This document shows positions 55,254 to 64,000 of a stretch of DNA of 64,000 nucleotides, piece by piece. The stretch comes from an uncultured Chloroflexia bacterium. GTDB taxonomy: Bacteria; Chloroflexota; Chloroflexia; Thermomicrobiales; UBA6265. Both the position numbers and the translations under genes were made by a program. The stretch covers positions 32,001 through 96,000 of the forward strand of contig CAVRUC010000009.1 of NCBI GenBank assembly GCA_963724295.1, written 5' to 3'. A model generated the notes under the pieces. That model was given only the letters and a program-made list of their open reading frames with translations. It did no database searches and was not told where the DNA came from. Positions within the stretch are counted from its first letter, which is position 1. Each line of letters starts with the position of its first letter.

Positions 55254-56151
55254 CGGGGGGCTCCGCTCCATGTGCCGCCACTGGAGCCACAGCAGCGACT
55301 AGCTCGCTTGCTGCTCCGATCTCGGCAGCGCCAGTCCCCAGATAGGCCTCGATGACGTTCGGATCGCGCTGGACCTGCGCTGGCGTCCCTTCGGCGATCT
55401 TGTGTCCATGGTCGAGCACGGTCACCTGATCGGAGATGCCCATGACCACTTTCATGTCGTGCTCGATGAGCAGGATGGTCAGGTCGAGATCGCGACGCAG
55501 GCGATCGATGAATCGGGTCATCTGCGTCGTCTCTTGCGGATTCATCCCGGCTGTTGGCTCATCGAGGAGGAGGAGCTTGGGTTGACTGCCCAGGGCCCGC
55601 GCGATCTCCAGGCGGCGCTGGTCGCCATAGGCGAGATTCTTGGCAGTCACGGGACCCTGTCCGCGCAATCCGACATAGTCGAGGAGCTCGCGGGCCCTGG
55701 CGCGGGATTCGCTCTCCTCGCGGTTAACCGAGGGAAGGCGCAGCACCGCGCCGAGCGGCGTTGACTTCAGCCGGCAATGCATACCAATGAGGACGTTGTC
55801 CAGCGCCGACATGTTGGCGAAGAGCCGGATATTCTGAAAGGTGCGGGCGATCCCGCGCGCGGTCACCTGATCCGGTCGCAGCCAACTGGATTTACCGCCC
55901 TGCGAGCCGTCAGAGACGAGCGGCGCTCCGTCGAAACTGATCTCTCCCTCAGTTGGGTGGTAAATGCCCGCGATCATGTTGAAGATGGTCGTCTTGCCGG
56001 CGCCGTTGGGACCGATGAGACCGGCGATCGATCCCCGCGGGACGAACATATCGACGCCATCGACCGCTACCAGACCGCCGAAGCGCTTGGTGAGACCGCT
56101 GATGACCAGGATGTCCTCGACCGGGGCCGGGCTTGCGGTGGCCGCGCTCAT
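55243..56151 (-). CDS. livG: LIV ABC ATPase
   Basis: GPNGAGKTT, RTFQNIRLF, LAYGDQRRLEIARAL. Confidence 0.93.
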   Translation of the reverse strand: MSAATASPAPVEDILVISGLTKRFGGLVAVDGVDMFVPRGSIAGLIGPNGAGKTTIFNMIAGIYHPTEGEISFDGAPLVSDGSQGGKSSWLRPDQVTARGIARTFQNIRLFANMSALDNVLIGMHCRLKSTPLGAVLRLPSVNREESESRARARELLDYVGLRGQGPVTAKNLAYGDQRRLEIARALGSQPKLLLLDEPTAGMNPQETTQMTRFIDRLRRDLDLTILLIEHDMKVVMGISDQVTVLDHGHKIAEGTPAQVQRDPNVIEAYLGTGAAEIGAASELVAAVAPVAAHGAEPPDGA

Positions 56152-57364
56152 GCGACCTGTCCTCCCCGTACATCTGACATCTCGTCATCATGCTGGAGGA
56201 CATCGAACAGGTCTTGCTGTTCCTGGACGGAGATGTCATCCGAGTCCGGTTGCAGCTCAGCCGCACGCTGCTTGCTTGGGAAGAGCCCGCCCGGCCGCAA
56301 GAGCATCATCAGCACCAGGGCAAGACCGAAGACGACGTACCGATCTTCCCCGACGTTGTGGCTGGCGAGCCAGTCGCTGCCGATCCGCTCTCCCAGGGCA
56401 TTGAGGGGCACGGTCAGCCGTTCGGCGAGGATGCGGTCGAATGATCCGATCAGGACAGCCCCGATGACCGCGCCGTAGACGTTGCCGATGCCGCCGAGGA
56501 TGACCGCCGAGAGAACCAGAATAGACAGCGTGAATTCGAACTGGCTGGGGTGGACATACTGAAAGGCCGACGAAAAGAGGGAGCCGGCGAACCCGGAGAA
56601 TGAGGCGCCGAGCGCGAACGCCCACAACTTGGCCCTCGTCGGATTGATCCCCATGCTGGCGGCGGCCAGCTCATCCTCGCGGATCGCCTGCCAGGAGCGA
56701 CCGAGCCGGGAATTATAGAGTCGCAGGATGATGAAGATCGAAAAGAGCCCAATCGCGAGGATCAGCCAGTACCAGTTGCGCTGGGCGGTCTGCCCGAAAT
56801 CCAACGGTCCCAGCGACGGCGGCTTGGCGATGGGATTGATCCCCCGCGTGCCGCCGGTGAGCGGCACCGCGTTGAGGAAGAAGTTCGGCACGATTTCGCC
56901 GAATCCCAGCGTCACGATCGCGAGGTAGTCGCCCCGCAAGCGAAGGGTGGGAGCCCCCAGCAGGACACCGAAGATGGCGGCCACGATGAACGCGACGACC
57001 AACGCCGGCCAGAACTGCTGGAAAAATGGCGGGACCCAGCCGGCACGAACGAAAACTGACGACGGCGATGTCAGAAAGCCGACGGTGTAGGCGCCGATGG
57101 CGAAGAATGCGGCGTAGCCAAGGTCGAGCAGTCCGGCGTACCCAACGACAATGTTCAACCCCATCGCGAGCAGGGCATAGATGCCGATTGGTAGGAGAGC
57201 TCCCAGCAAGTTAAGGCCAAGAGCCTGATCGATGAATGGGAAGGCGATCAGGAAGATGAGAATGGCGACGAAGACGACGGTGTCTCGCCGCGAGCGCGGG
57301 GTTTCTGCGAATCGCCGGAGTCCGAGCGTCCGCCGATGCTCTGGACGCGCGCAAGGTTAGCCAT
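56148..57364 (-). CDS. livM: LIV ABC permease (frameshift near 57330)
   Basis: GLNIVVGYAGLLDLGY, LRLRGDYLAIVTLGFGE; ATG 57364 with RBS AGGAGG is out of frame with the body. Confidence 0.9.
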
Positions 57365-57373
57365 GAGCGCCTC

Positions 57374-58348
57374 CTAGACCTTTTCCGGAACTGCTTCGCC
57401 AAGCAGACCAGTTGGCTTGAAGACCATCACCAGCACAAGAACACCGAAGATGATCAACGGTGTCCATTGCGCTCCCCACCACGGGATGTAGGTCTGCAGA
57501 AATCCGTCACTCATCGACCAGACAAGGCCAATAATCAGCCCTCCCAGGACGGCGCCGTTGAGGTTGCCAATACCGCCGAGCACCGCGGCCGTGAACGCGA
57601 ACAGGCCGTAGCGGAAACCCATCTGAAAGCGAGCGGTGTTGGTGTAGTAGGCGACGATGAAGCCCGCCGCGCCTGCAAGGATGCCGCCGACCAGAAACGC
57701 GGTCGCAATGGTCCGGTTGACGTCGATACCCATCAATGCCGCCGCGCCGCGATCCTGGGCGACGGCGCGCATGGCTTTGCCGGTCCGAGTCCGATAGACG
57801 AGCCACGAGAGCCCGAGCAGGAGCGGCACAGTCAACAGGATGACCGCCAGGTCGAGCGCCCGGAAGCGGAGCCTCGTCTCAAGTCCAAGCACGTCGGTGA
57901 GAATGTTCAAAGAGCGGAGGTCAGTGGGAACGAGTGCCGGAGGCAGGACCGTGGTTGAGCCCTGCCAATAGATCCCGACGCCCTGCAGAATGAAGCTAAT
58001 GCCAATAGCGGCGATCAGCGGCGCTAGTCGCGGCGCGGAGCGGAGACGGCGATAGACGACCCGGTCGATGCTCCAGTTGAGGACGCCGCTGAAGAGCATC
58101 GCGGCGAGCATGGCAACGAGCGAGACGAGGGCGATCTGTGCCCAGCCCGCGCCGGAAGCGACGCCGAACGCACTCACGGCCGAAAGCGACAGAAAGGCGC
58201 CCATCATGAAAACTTCGCCGTGAGCGAAGTTGATGAGCTCGACGATACCGTAGACCAGGGTGTACCCCAGCGCGATCAGGGCAATCAGCGCCCCGTTGGT
58301 CACCCCGAGAATCAGGTACTGGGCAAAGAGGGTTCCGTTGAATTCCAT
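57374..58348 (-). CDS. livH: LIV ABC permease
   Basis: ALGYTLVYGIVELINFAHGE, GKAMRA, FTAAVLGGIG. Confidence 0.93.
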   Translation of the reverse strand: MEFNGTLFAQYLILGVTNGALIALIALGYTLVYGIVELINFAHGEVFMMGAFLSLSAVSAFGVASGAGWAQIALVSLVAMLAAMLFSGVLNWSIDRVVYRRLRSAPRLAPLIAAIGISFILQGVGIYWQGSTTVLPPALVPTDLRSLNILTDVLGLETRLRFRALDLAVILLTVPLLLGLSWLVYRTRTGKAMRAVAQDRGAAALMGIDVNRTIATAFLVGGILAGAAGFIVAYYTNTARFQMGFRYGLFAFTAAVLGGIGNLNGAVLGGLIIGLVWSMSDGFLQTYIPWWGAQWTPLIIFGVLVLVMVFKPTGLLGEAVPEKV

Positions 58349-58392
58349 GCTGGCCTCAACGCTGAGTACCGACGAGTTGGGAACTTCCAGGC

Positions 58393-58434
58393 AGAATAAC
58401 ACGAGCGGATCCAGGCATCCTGGATCCGCTCGTG
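58393..58434 (-). terminator. Hairpin after the binding-protein gene
   Basis: 16-bp perfect stem CACGAGCGGATCCAGG/CCTGGATCCGCTCGTG followed by TTATTCT on the minus strand. Confidence 0.65.
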
Positions 58435-58451
58435 CTCATGCGCGAACCGCG

Positions 58452-59810
58452 CTACTCGCCGATCACCTCGAGGAAGGTGATCGCAAGGTCTGCCTTCGTC
58501 GTTCGGCTTGATCTCGTTGACGGACATGCTGGGATTGTCAATGTCGCCGGTCTCGGTGAAGGACCAGGTCTTGCCAACCAGGCTCGTGAAGTTAGTCGTG
58601 CCCATCAGCGCTTCAAGAATCTTGCCACGATCCTTCTCGCCGACCTGATCGATCGCCTGGATGACTGGCGACCGCGCAGTCATAGGAGTAGGTCGAATAG
58701 CCGTCCGGAGCGTGGCCGAGGATCTCGCTCATCCGGGTGAAGAAGTCGGCGCCAGGGCCTTCCAGCTCGTTTGTCGGCAGGCCAGCGAAGGTGAGGAATG
58801 CGCCGTTCAGAGGCATCACCCGCGCCGTCGATGAACGCCTGGGTGAACAGCCCGTCCGGGCCGAGGAAGATGACCTCGTCGGCCGGCATGAGGCCGCGCA
58901 TGTCGAGCAGGACCTTCGAGGGATTGTTCTCGACGGTGGCCCCGACATAGACGAGGTCCGGAGCAGCGTCCGCGATCTTCGTCATCAGCGCCTGGTAGTC
59001 GGGCGCTTTCGGGTCGTAGCCCTCGAAGCCGAGAACTTCGGCGCCGATCTCCAGGAGCGTGTCGTTGAAGACCTGAGCGACGCCGTGCCCATAGAGACTC
59101 TGGTCGTCGAGGACGTAGGCTGAGCCGACGCTCTTCGCCTCAACCGCCCAGCGCGCGCCGAGAGCGCCCTGGATATCGTCCGCGGCGATGACGCGACGTA
59201 GTTGCGCGTGCCGGATGGGTAGTAAACGTCTGGCTCGCCCTCTTCGATGCCCGGGAATTCTTTGGTGAGCCCGGTAGTACGTGTTGGCGAAGGAGATCAT
59301 CGCCATCCCGGCCTCATTCATGATCGGGATCGAGATCTTGGCCGCGCCCGAGTTGTACGTTCCCATGTAGGCCATGCAGTCCGCATCGCTGATGGCCTGG
59401 TTCGCGTTCGAGGACTCGACACCCGGATCCCATCCGCCGTTGTTGGCGGCGATGCCGGAATCAAGCGCTACGTATTCAATCGCGAAGCCACCGGCCATGT
59501 TGCCTAGGTCGGCGAACGCCAGCTTGGCCGCCTCATAGGCATCGACGCCGATGCCTTCCATGGATCCCGTCCGTGGCCATGACGAGTAGATCTTGATGGT
59601 GCCCTTGTCGGTACCTTCAACGTGAGGGATATCCGGATTGCCGATCGAGGCAGCGCTCCCCTCCTGCGCCGCGGCAACGGCGCCGCGAGACAGGGCCGAC
59701 ATGACTGCTGAGCCGGTCGCGCCGAGTGCAATGGCGCGCACGATGAACGTGCGGCGATCGATCTTGCCTCGATGCAACTGATCCACTAGCCCCTCGAATC
59801 GAATCGTCAT
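58452..59810 (-). CDS. livK: LIV-type substrate-binding protein, Tat-exported, with about five frameshifts
   Basis: IDRRTFIVRA Tat motif; GTYNSGAA, DDIQG, LDDQSLYGHG, SFTETGD; segments spread over all three frames. Confidence 0.85.
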
Positions 59811-60039
59811 TCAGGATCCTCCGTGCTCGTCACCGGCCGCGACGCCGGTCACCATGCGATGCCTGCGCGTGGGAGAGTCCCCCACGACGTGTCTAAACAG
59901 ACGTGCCACGAACGCACGCGCTGTCTGGCCCCGACCTGGAGCCTCTTTTTAGACGTGGCGGGAGCATATCCCAGCGCCTAACTGGTGTCAATTGAGCGTT
60001 TTGGCGTGAATACAGGGTAAATGTGATGATTCGAAAGTG

Positions 60040-61083
60040 TTAGTACGAGGGCACGTATTCCGCATCTATCGGTCGGATGCCATGCTCGGGAGGTGCATAG
60101 CCGCGGCGGGTCAGGTCGGCGACGACCGCTTCAATGACGTCGTCGGGCGTCGAGGCCCCGGCGGTCACCCCGACGATGTCGGCATCCGCCAGCCAATCGT
60201 CCTCGATATCCTCGGTCCGCTCGATATGGTATGAAGGAACGCCGAGCGCCTTCCCGACCTCGGCCAGCCGCGCGGTATTGGAGCTCTTGCGGCCGCCGAT
60301 TGCCAGAATCACGTCGACCTGATCCTGCTCCACCAGACGCTTCAGCGCATTCTGCCGCTCGGAGGTCGGCTCGCAGATGGTGTTGCAGAGACGGAACTCT
60401 CCGCCCTCCGGCATGACCATCGCCTGCAGTTTCTGGGCAAACACCATCAGCTCGTCGACGTTCTTCGTCGTCTGGGAGACGACCGCGACCTTGCGTGGAG
60501 GTGTGGCGACACCCTCGCCGCTGGCGCCGCGCGGCGCATTCCAGGGAAGGTCGCTGATCTTCTTGGCGGCAACCGCTTTCGATGTGCCGGCCCACCCAAT
60601 CACGCTGCGTACCTCAGGGTGGTAGGAGTCGCCGTAGACGACCAGGAAATACCCCTGGCGCACCAGCTTCTGTGCCAGCCGCTGCACTTTGGTGACCAAT
60701 GGGCAGGTTGTGTCGATCAGCTCCACCCCGGCGGAGGCGGCTTCGCCCGCAAGATGCGGCCCCATGCCGTGGGCGGTAATCGCTACGCGCCGGAATCCAC
60801 GGGCGGCGGCCTCGGAGACCGACGTTGCGCCCTCGACGCCGCGCTCACGCAGCCGCTCGACAACTTGCGGATTGTGTATGACGTCGCCAATCGGGGCGAT
60901 CGGACCAGCGCTCTCGGCCGCGGCTTCGACGATCTCGAGCGCGCGCCGCACTCCCCAGCAGTAGCCCAACTCCTGGGCGACCACGACACGCTTAGCGGTC
61001 TCCGGCCCGGAGCCTGGGGATGGGCGGCGATGAACGGGGGCGATGGGACTCGCGGCAGGCACTTGCAAGAATTCGTTCCTCAC
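60040..61083 (-). CDS. ispH: 4-hydroxy-3-methylbut-2-enyl diphosphate reductase
   Basis: GYCWGV, IHNPQV, AHG, DTTCPLV, QTT, NTICEPT, SSNT, TAGASTP. Confidence 0.96.
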   Translation of the reverse strand: MRNEFLQVPAASPIAPVHRRPSPGSGPETAKRVVVAQELGYCWGVRRALEIVEAAAESAGPIAPIGDVIHNPQVVERLRERGVEGATSVSEAAARGFRRVAITAHGMGPHLAGEAASAGVELIDTTCPLVTKVQRLAQKLVRQGYFLVVYGDSYHPEVRSVIGWAGTSKAVAAKKISDLPWNAPRGASGEGVATPPRKVAVVSQTTKNVDELMVFAQKLQAMVMPEGGEFRLCNTICEPTSERQNALKRLVEQDQVDVILAIGGRKSSNTARLAEVGKALGVPSYHIERTEDIEDDWLADADIVGVTAGASTPDDVIEAVVADLTRRGYAPPEHGIRPIDAEYVPSY

Positions 61084-61307
61084 ATCAACTTAGGGAGGGT
61101 CGATGCCCGCTTGGCAACGCCCGGGAGCAAACAAAAGTATAGTCTCCCCACTTGCGCGGGCCGAGACGCCAACGGCCCGGCGCTCCCGCGGTGGTCGATG
61201 TTGCCGGCCGGGGTAGCGGTGCTGGCGTCACCAGGTTTCGCGCCGACCCGTGTCCCCGCGGCAGGGTCGGGCGATGCGACGCCAGGCAGATAGAGGAGCA
61301 CGGAACC

Positions 61308-62672
61308 ATGGGACGGGCAGGCTATGGGGGGAAACTGCCAGCGGGAGCGGCTCGCGGGCTCGCCGCGCTCCTGAGCATCGCGATGACCGCGGTGATGCTG
61401 TTGCCTCCAGGAGAACCGGCCGCCGCCCAGGATCTGCCGGCACAGCCGGCCTCCCCGGCCGCCGCCCAACCGACCGCCGCCGCGCAAGCCGCTGCCGCCC
61501 CGGCCGAGTTCATTGCCGGGGCTCCGCACATCCACACTGTCGCTCAGGGATTGATCGGCATCGACGGTCCACTCGTGTGGCGGGTGCGTGAAGTGGGGTT
61601 GAGCGCGACCGGCGCCCCCGAGTCGGGCTCGACGTCGTTCACGCTGCAACGGACGGGAGCGGCGATCATCCGCAACGAGCTGACCAGCCGGCGGACGCGG
61701 CTCGAAGCGGGTGAGGCCTACTTTATGCCCTCCGGGGATCCCTTCCTCCGCTACGCGGTCGGTTCCGATCCCAGCATCATCTGGGTTGTCGAGCTCGTGC
61801 CGCCCGAGGCCGCCGCGCCCGGCGCGGCCACCACCGGGACGGTTCTGTTCACGAGCGACGCCATCAACGATTACCCTCGGGGAACCTTCGACGTCGAGCT
61901 GCAACGCGGCATCCTGCTGCCCGGGGAAGTTTCCGAGCTGCCGCCGCACACCGGTCCAGCACTGATGATGGTCACGTCCGGCCGCCTGCAGGCGACAGCG
62001 GACGGCGGCCAGCCGGCGCCGATCAGCGCCGGCAGTGGCCGTCTGGTGACCGGGGCGCTGACACTCCGCAACGGGGATACCCAGCCCGCCGCGTTCGTGG
62101 TGGCCGCGCTCGGCGAGCCAGTCGATGGCGCTGAACAGCCAGCCGCGTCGACTCAGGCCGTGCCGACTCCAGTGCCCGGCCAACCCGTGCCAACTGTCCT
62201 GCTCCCCCCAGTGGACGCGGCTCCCACAGCCGTCGTGCCCACCGCCGCTCCCGAGCAGGTCGTGGAACCGACCCCGGTCCCGACGACGGCGCCGGTGGTC
62301 TCCTCCGAGAGCGGCGACATCGATGGCGACGGCTTGAGCGATGTCGACGAGGCCGCCTATGGATCGGATCCGTTGAATCGCGACTACGACGCCGACGGTC
62401 TCCTCGACGGTGAAGAGGTCTACATCCACGGCACCGACCCACTCAACAACGACAGCGACGGCGACGGTCTCCTGGACGGTGAGGAAGTCAATCAATTTGG
62501 TACGAGCTCGACGAGCTCTGATGCCGACAGCGACGGACTGGTCGACGACGATGAGATCTTCGTCTACGGAACCGCGCCCGAAGCCTTTGACACCGATGGC
62601 GACGGCATCGGCGATGGTGATGAAGTCCTCACCTACGGCACGAACCCGCTCGATCCGGCAAGTGCGCCGTAA
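61308..62672 (+). CDS. Secreted protein with cupin-like domains, Pro/Thr linker and five bacterial TSP3-type Ca-binding repeats
   Basis: Signal peptide ending AAA|Q; LEAGEAYF and GPALMMVTSG cupin-like strands; repeats DxDGDGLxDxxE..GTDP. Confidence 0.85.
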   Translation: MGRAGYGGKLPAGAARGLAALLSIAMTAVMLLPPGEPAAAQDLPAQPASPAAAQPTAAAQAAAAPAEFIAGAPHIHTVAQGLIGIDGPLVWRVREVGLSATGAPESGSTSFTLQRTGAAIIRNELTSRRTRLEAGEAYFMPSGDPFLRYAVGSDPSIIWVVELVPPEAAAPGAATTGTVLFTSDAINDYPRGTFDVELQRGILLPGEVSELPPHTGPALMMVTSGRLQATADGGQPAPISAGSGRLVTGALTLRNGDTQPAAFVVAALGEPVDGAEQPAASTQAVPTPVPGQPVPTVLLPPVDAAPTAVVPTAAPEQVVEPTPVPTTAPVVSSESGDIDGDGLSDVDEAAYGSDPLNRDYDADGLLDGEEVYIHGTDPLNNDSDGDGLLDGEEVNQFGTSSTSSDADSDGLVDDDEIFVYGTAPEAFDTDGDGIGDGDEVLTYGTNPLDPASAP

Positions 62673-62686
62673 CGGGCTATGGGTCG

Positions 62687-62718
62687 AAGACGGCAAGACG
62701 GCAAGACGGCAAGACGGC
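62687..62718. repeat. 8-bp tandem repeat AAGACGGC x4
   Basis: Direct reading; a reverse-complement relative, GCCGTCT(G) x3, lies at 21838-21862. Confidence 0.85.
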
Positions 62719-62802
62719 AATACGAGTCGTCAGTCGTGTGCCCATGTGGCGCCCGTGAGTCGTAAGAGAGCCAACAGCCGATAGCCGTACAGGAGACAGG
62801 GC

Positions 62803-63843
62803 ATGCCGGAGCGGGTGCGAGTCGCGCTCATTGGCGCGGGGCGGATCGGGCAGCGCCATGCCGCCACACTGGCATCGGCGATCCCGCGCGCCGAGCTGGC
62901 AATCATTGCCGATGTTCACGGGCCGTCGGCGGCGACGCTGGCGGCCAGGGTCCGCTGCCAGCATTGGACGGATGACCCGGAATCGGTCCTTCGGGACGCA
63001 AGCATCGATGCCATCGTGGTCGCCTCCTCCACGGACAGTCACGCGCCGCTAATCGTGGCCGCCGCCGATGCGGGCAAGCAGATTTTCTGCGAGAAGCCGA
63101 TCGCGCTCGATCTGGAGGCGACTGATCGCGCTCTCGATGCCGTAGAGCGAGCGGGGGTTCGCCTCCAGATGGGTTTCCAGCGCCGCTTCGACAAGGCGTA
63201 TCACAAGGCGAAGGAGCTCATCGACTCAGGCGCGCTGGGACGCATCGAAGCCATTCGCGATACGATGAGGGATCCGGCGCCCGCGCCCCGCGCCTACCTG
63301 GAGACCTCGGGCGGTCTCTACCGAGACATGACTATCCACAACTTCGACTGCGTGCGCTGGATGATGGGTCAGGAGGTGAAGGAGCTCTTCGCCATGGGGA
63401 GCGCCATCGTCTCGCCACTGTTCCAGGAGTTGGGCGATATCGACACCAGCGTGATCTCGCTCCGTTTCAACGATGACAGCCTGGGCGTGATCGACAACAG
63501 CCGTCGCTCCGGATTCGGTTACGACGTTCGCACCGAGGTCTTCGGCAGCGAGGGCGCGCTGATGATCGGCTACTCTCGCGATACGCCAATGCTGCGTCTG
63601 GACGCCAAGGGCATCCACAGCGACCATATCCACTGGTTTCTGGAGCGGTTCGACCAGGCCTACATCGACGAGCTGAAGGTCTTCGTTGACGGCGTCGTCG
63701 ACGGTACGCAGCCACCGGTCGACGGCCATGACGCCCGCGCGGCCATAGCGCTGGCCTACGCTGCCGAGGCATCCCTCCGGGAAAAAGCGCCGGTTTCGCC
63801 CTCGCGGTTCGCGCGTACGGCGGGTGACGGGGTGATAGGGTGA
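62803..63843 (+). CDS. iolG: Inositol 2-dehydrogenase (Gfo/Idh/MocA family)
   Basis: IGAGRIG, FCEKPI, GFQRRFD, RDP, SGG..DMTIH, GYDVRTEVFG, FLERF..AY. Confidence 0.85.
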   Translation: MPERVRVALIGAGRIGQRHAATLASAIPRAELAIIADVHGPSAATLAARVRCQHWTDDPESVLRDASIDAIVVASSTDSHAPLIVAAADAGKQIFCEKPIALDLEATDRALDAVERAGVRLQMGFQRRFDKAYHKAKELIDSGALGRIEAIRDTMRDPAPAPRAYLETSGGLYRDMTIHNFDCVRWMMGQEVKELFAMGSAIVSPLFQELGDIDTSVISLRFNDDSLGVIDNSRRSGFGYDVRTEVFGSEGALMIGYSRDTPMLRLDAKGIHSDHIHWFLERFDQAYIDELKVFVDGVVDGTQPPVDGHDARAAIALAYAAEASLREKAPVSPSRFARTAGDGVIG

Positions 63844-63930
63844 TGACTCGCTTCGCTCATGGTGGCAAGGTGGCAGGATGGCAGGGAGAACGATGACCTC
63901 GCCACCCTGCCACCTTGCGACCCCGCCACC
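63821..63930. repeat. Inverted octamer array (GGTGGCAA / TGCCACC)
   Basis: GGTGGCAAGGTGGCAGGATGGCAGG facing CGCCACCCTGCCACCTTGCGACC. Confidence 0.7.
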
Positions 63931-63965
63931 GATAACCTTTCACCCTCGTAAAGGAGGTTCCCCGC

Positions 63966-64000
63966 ATGGCCATCACCACCGACGCACACGCACCTGCTCT
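63966..64000 (+). CDS. 5' start of the next CDS (partial)
   Basis: RBS AGGAGG then ATG GCC ATC ACC..., open to the window edge. Confidence 0.55.
   Translation, partial: MAITTDAHAPA

Overview
High-GC bacterial chromosomal window. It is most consistent with a Thermomicrobiales (Chloroflexota) genome, an inference from protein style: MDxxRFDxL..RR leaders, abundant Tat substrates and ATPAA-type motifs. Contents: (i) 0-13 kb, an accessory patchwork of sulfotransferases, four Cys-rich secreted proteins with a shared leader, a flavin oxidoreductase, a cupin, a DinB protein and a methyltransferase; (ii) GNAT-ycaQ-murA and a complete F1Fo ATP synthase operon; (iii) an unusual divergon in which a SufR-like Cys-rich regulator faces an FAD reductase, GTP cyclohydrolase I, a RibD-type reductase, a stand-alone OmpR winged-helix protein and a Tat-exported truncated globin with an atypical distal pocket; (iv) a binding protein plus C45 peptidase, a minimal receiver/HisKA-only signalling module and glutamine-dependent nadE; (v) a catabolic block with two hydrolases, an SDR, a ureohydrolase, a peptide-type ABC system, two FAH paralogs, a cupin and an NAD epimerase; (vi) two convergent LIV-type ABC operons, ispH, a secreted cupin/TSP3-repeat protein and iolG. 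Several families of small palindromic or tandem repeats fill gene junctions. Two palindromes appear inserted inside coding sequences (atpG and the Stf0 gene), each flanked by a short direct repeat. About fifteen single-base frameshifts, one in essential atpG, suggest assembly or read errors. No rRNA, tRNA, CRISPR array or transposase was recognised.
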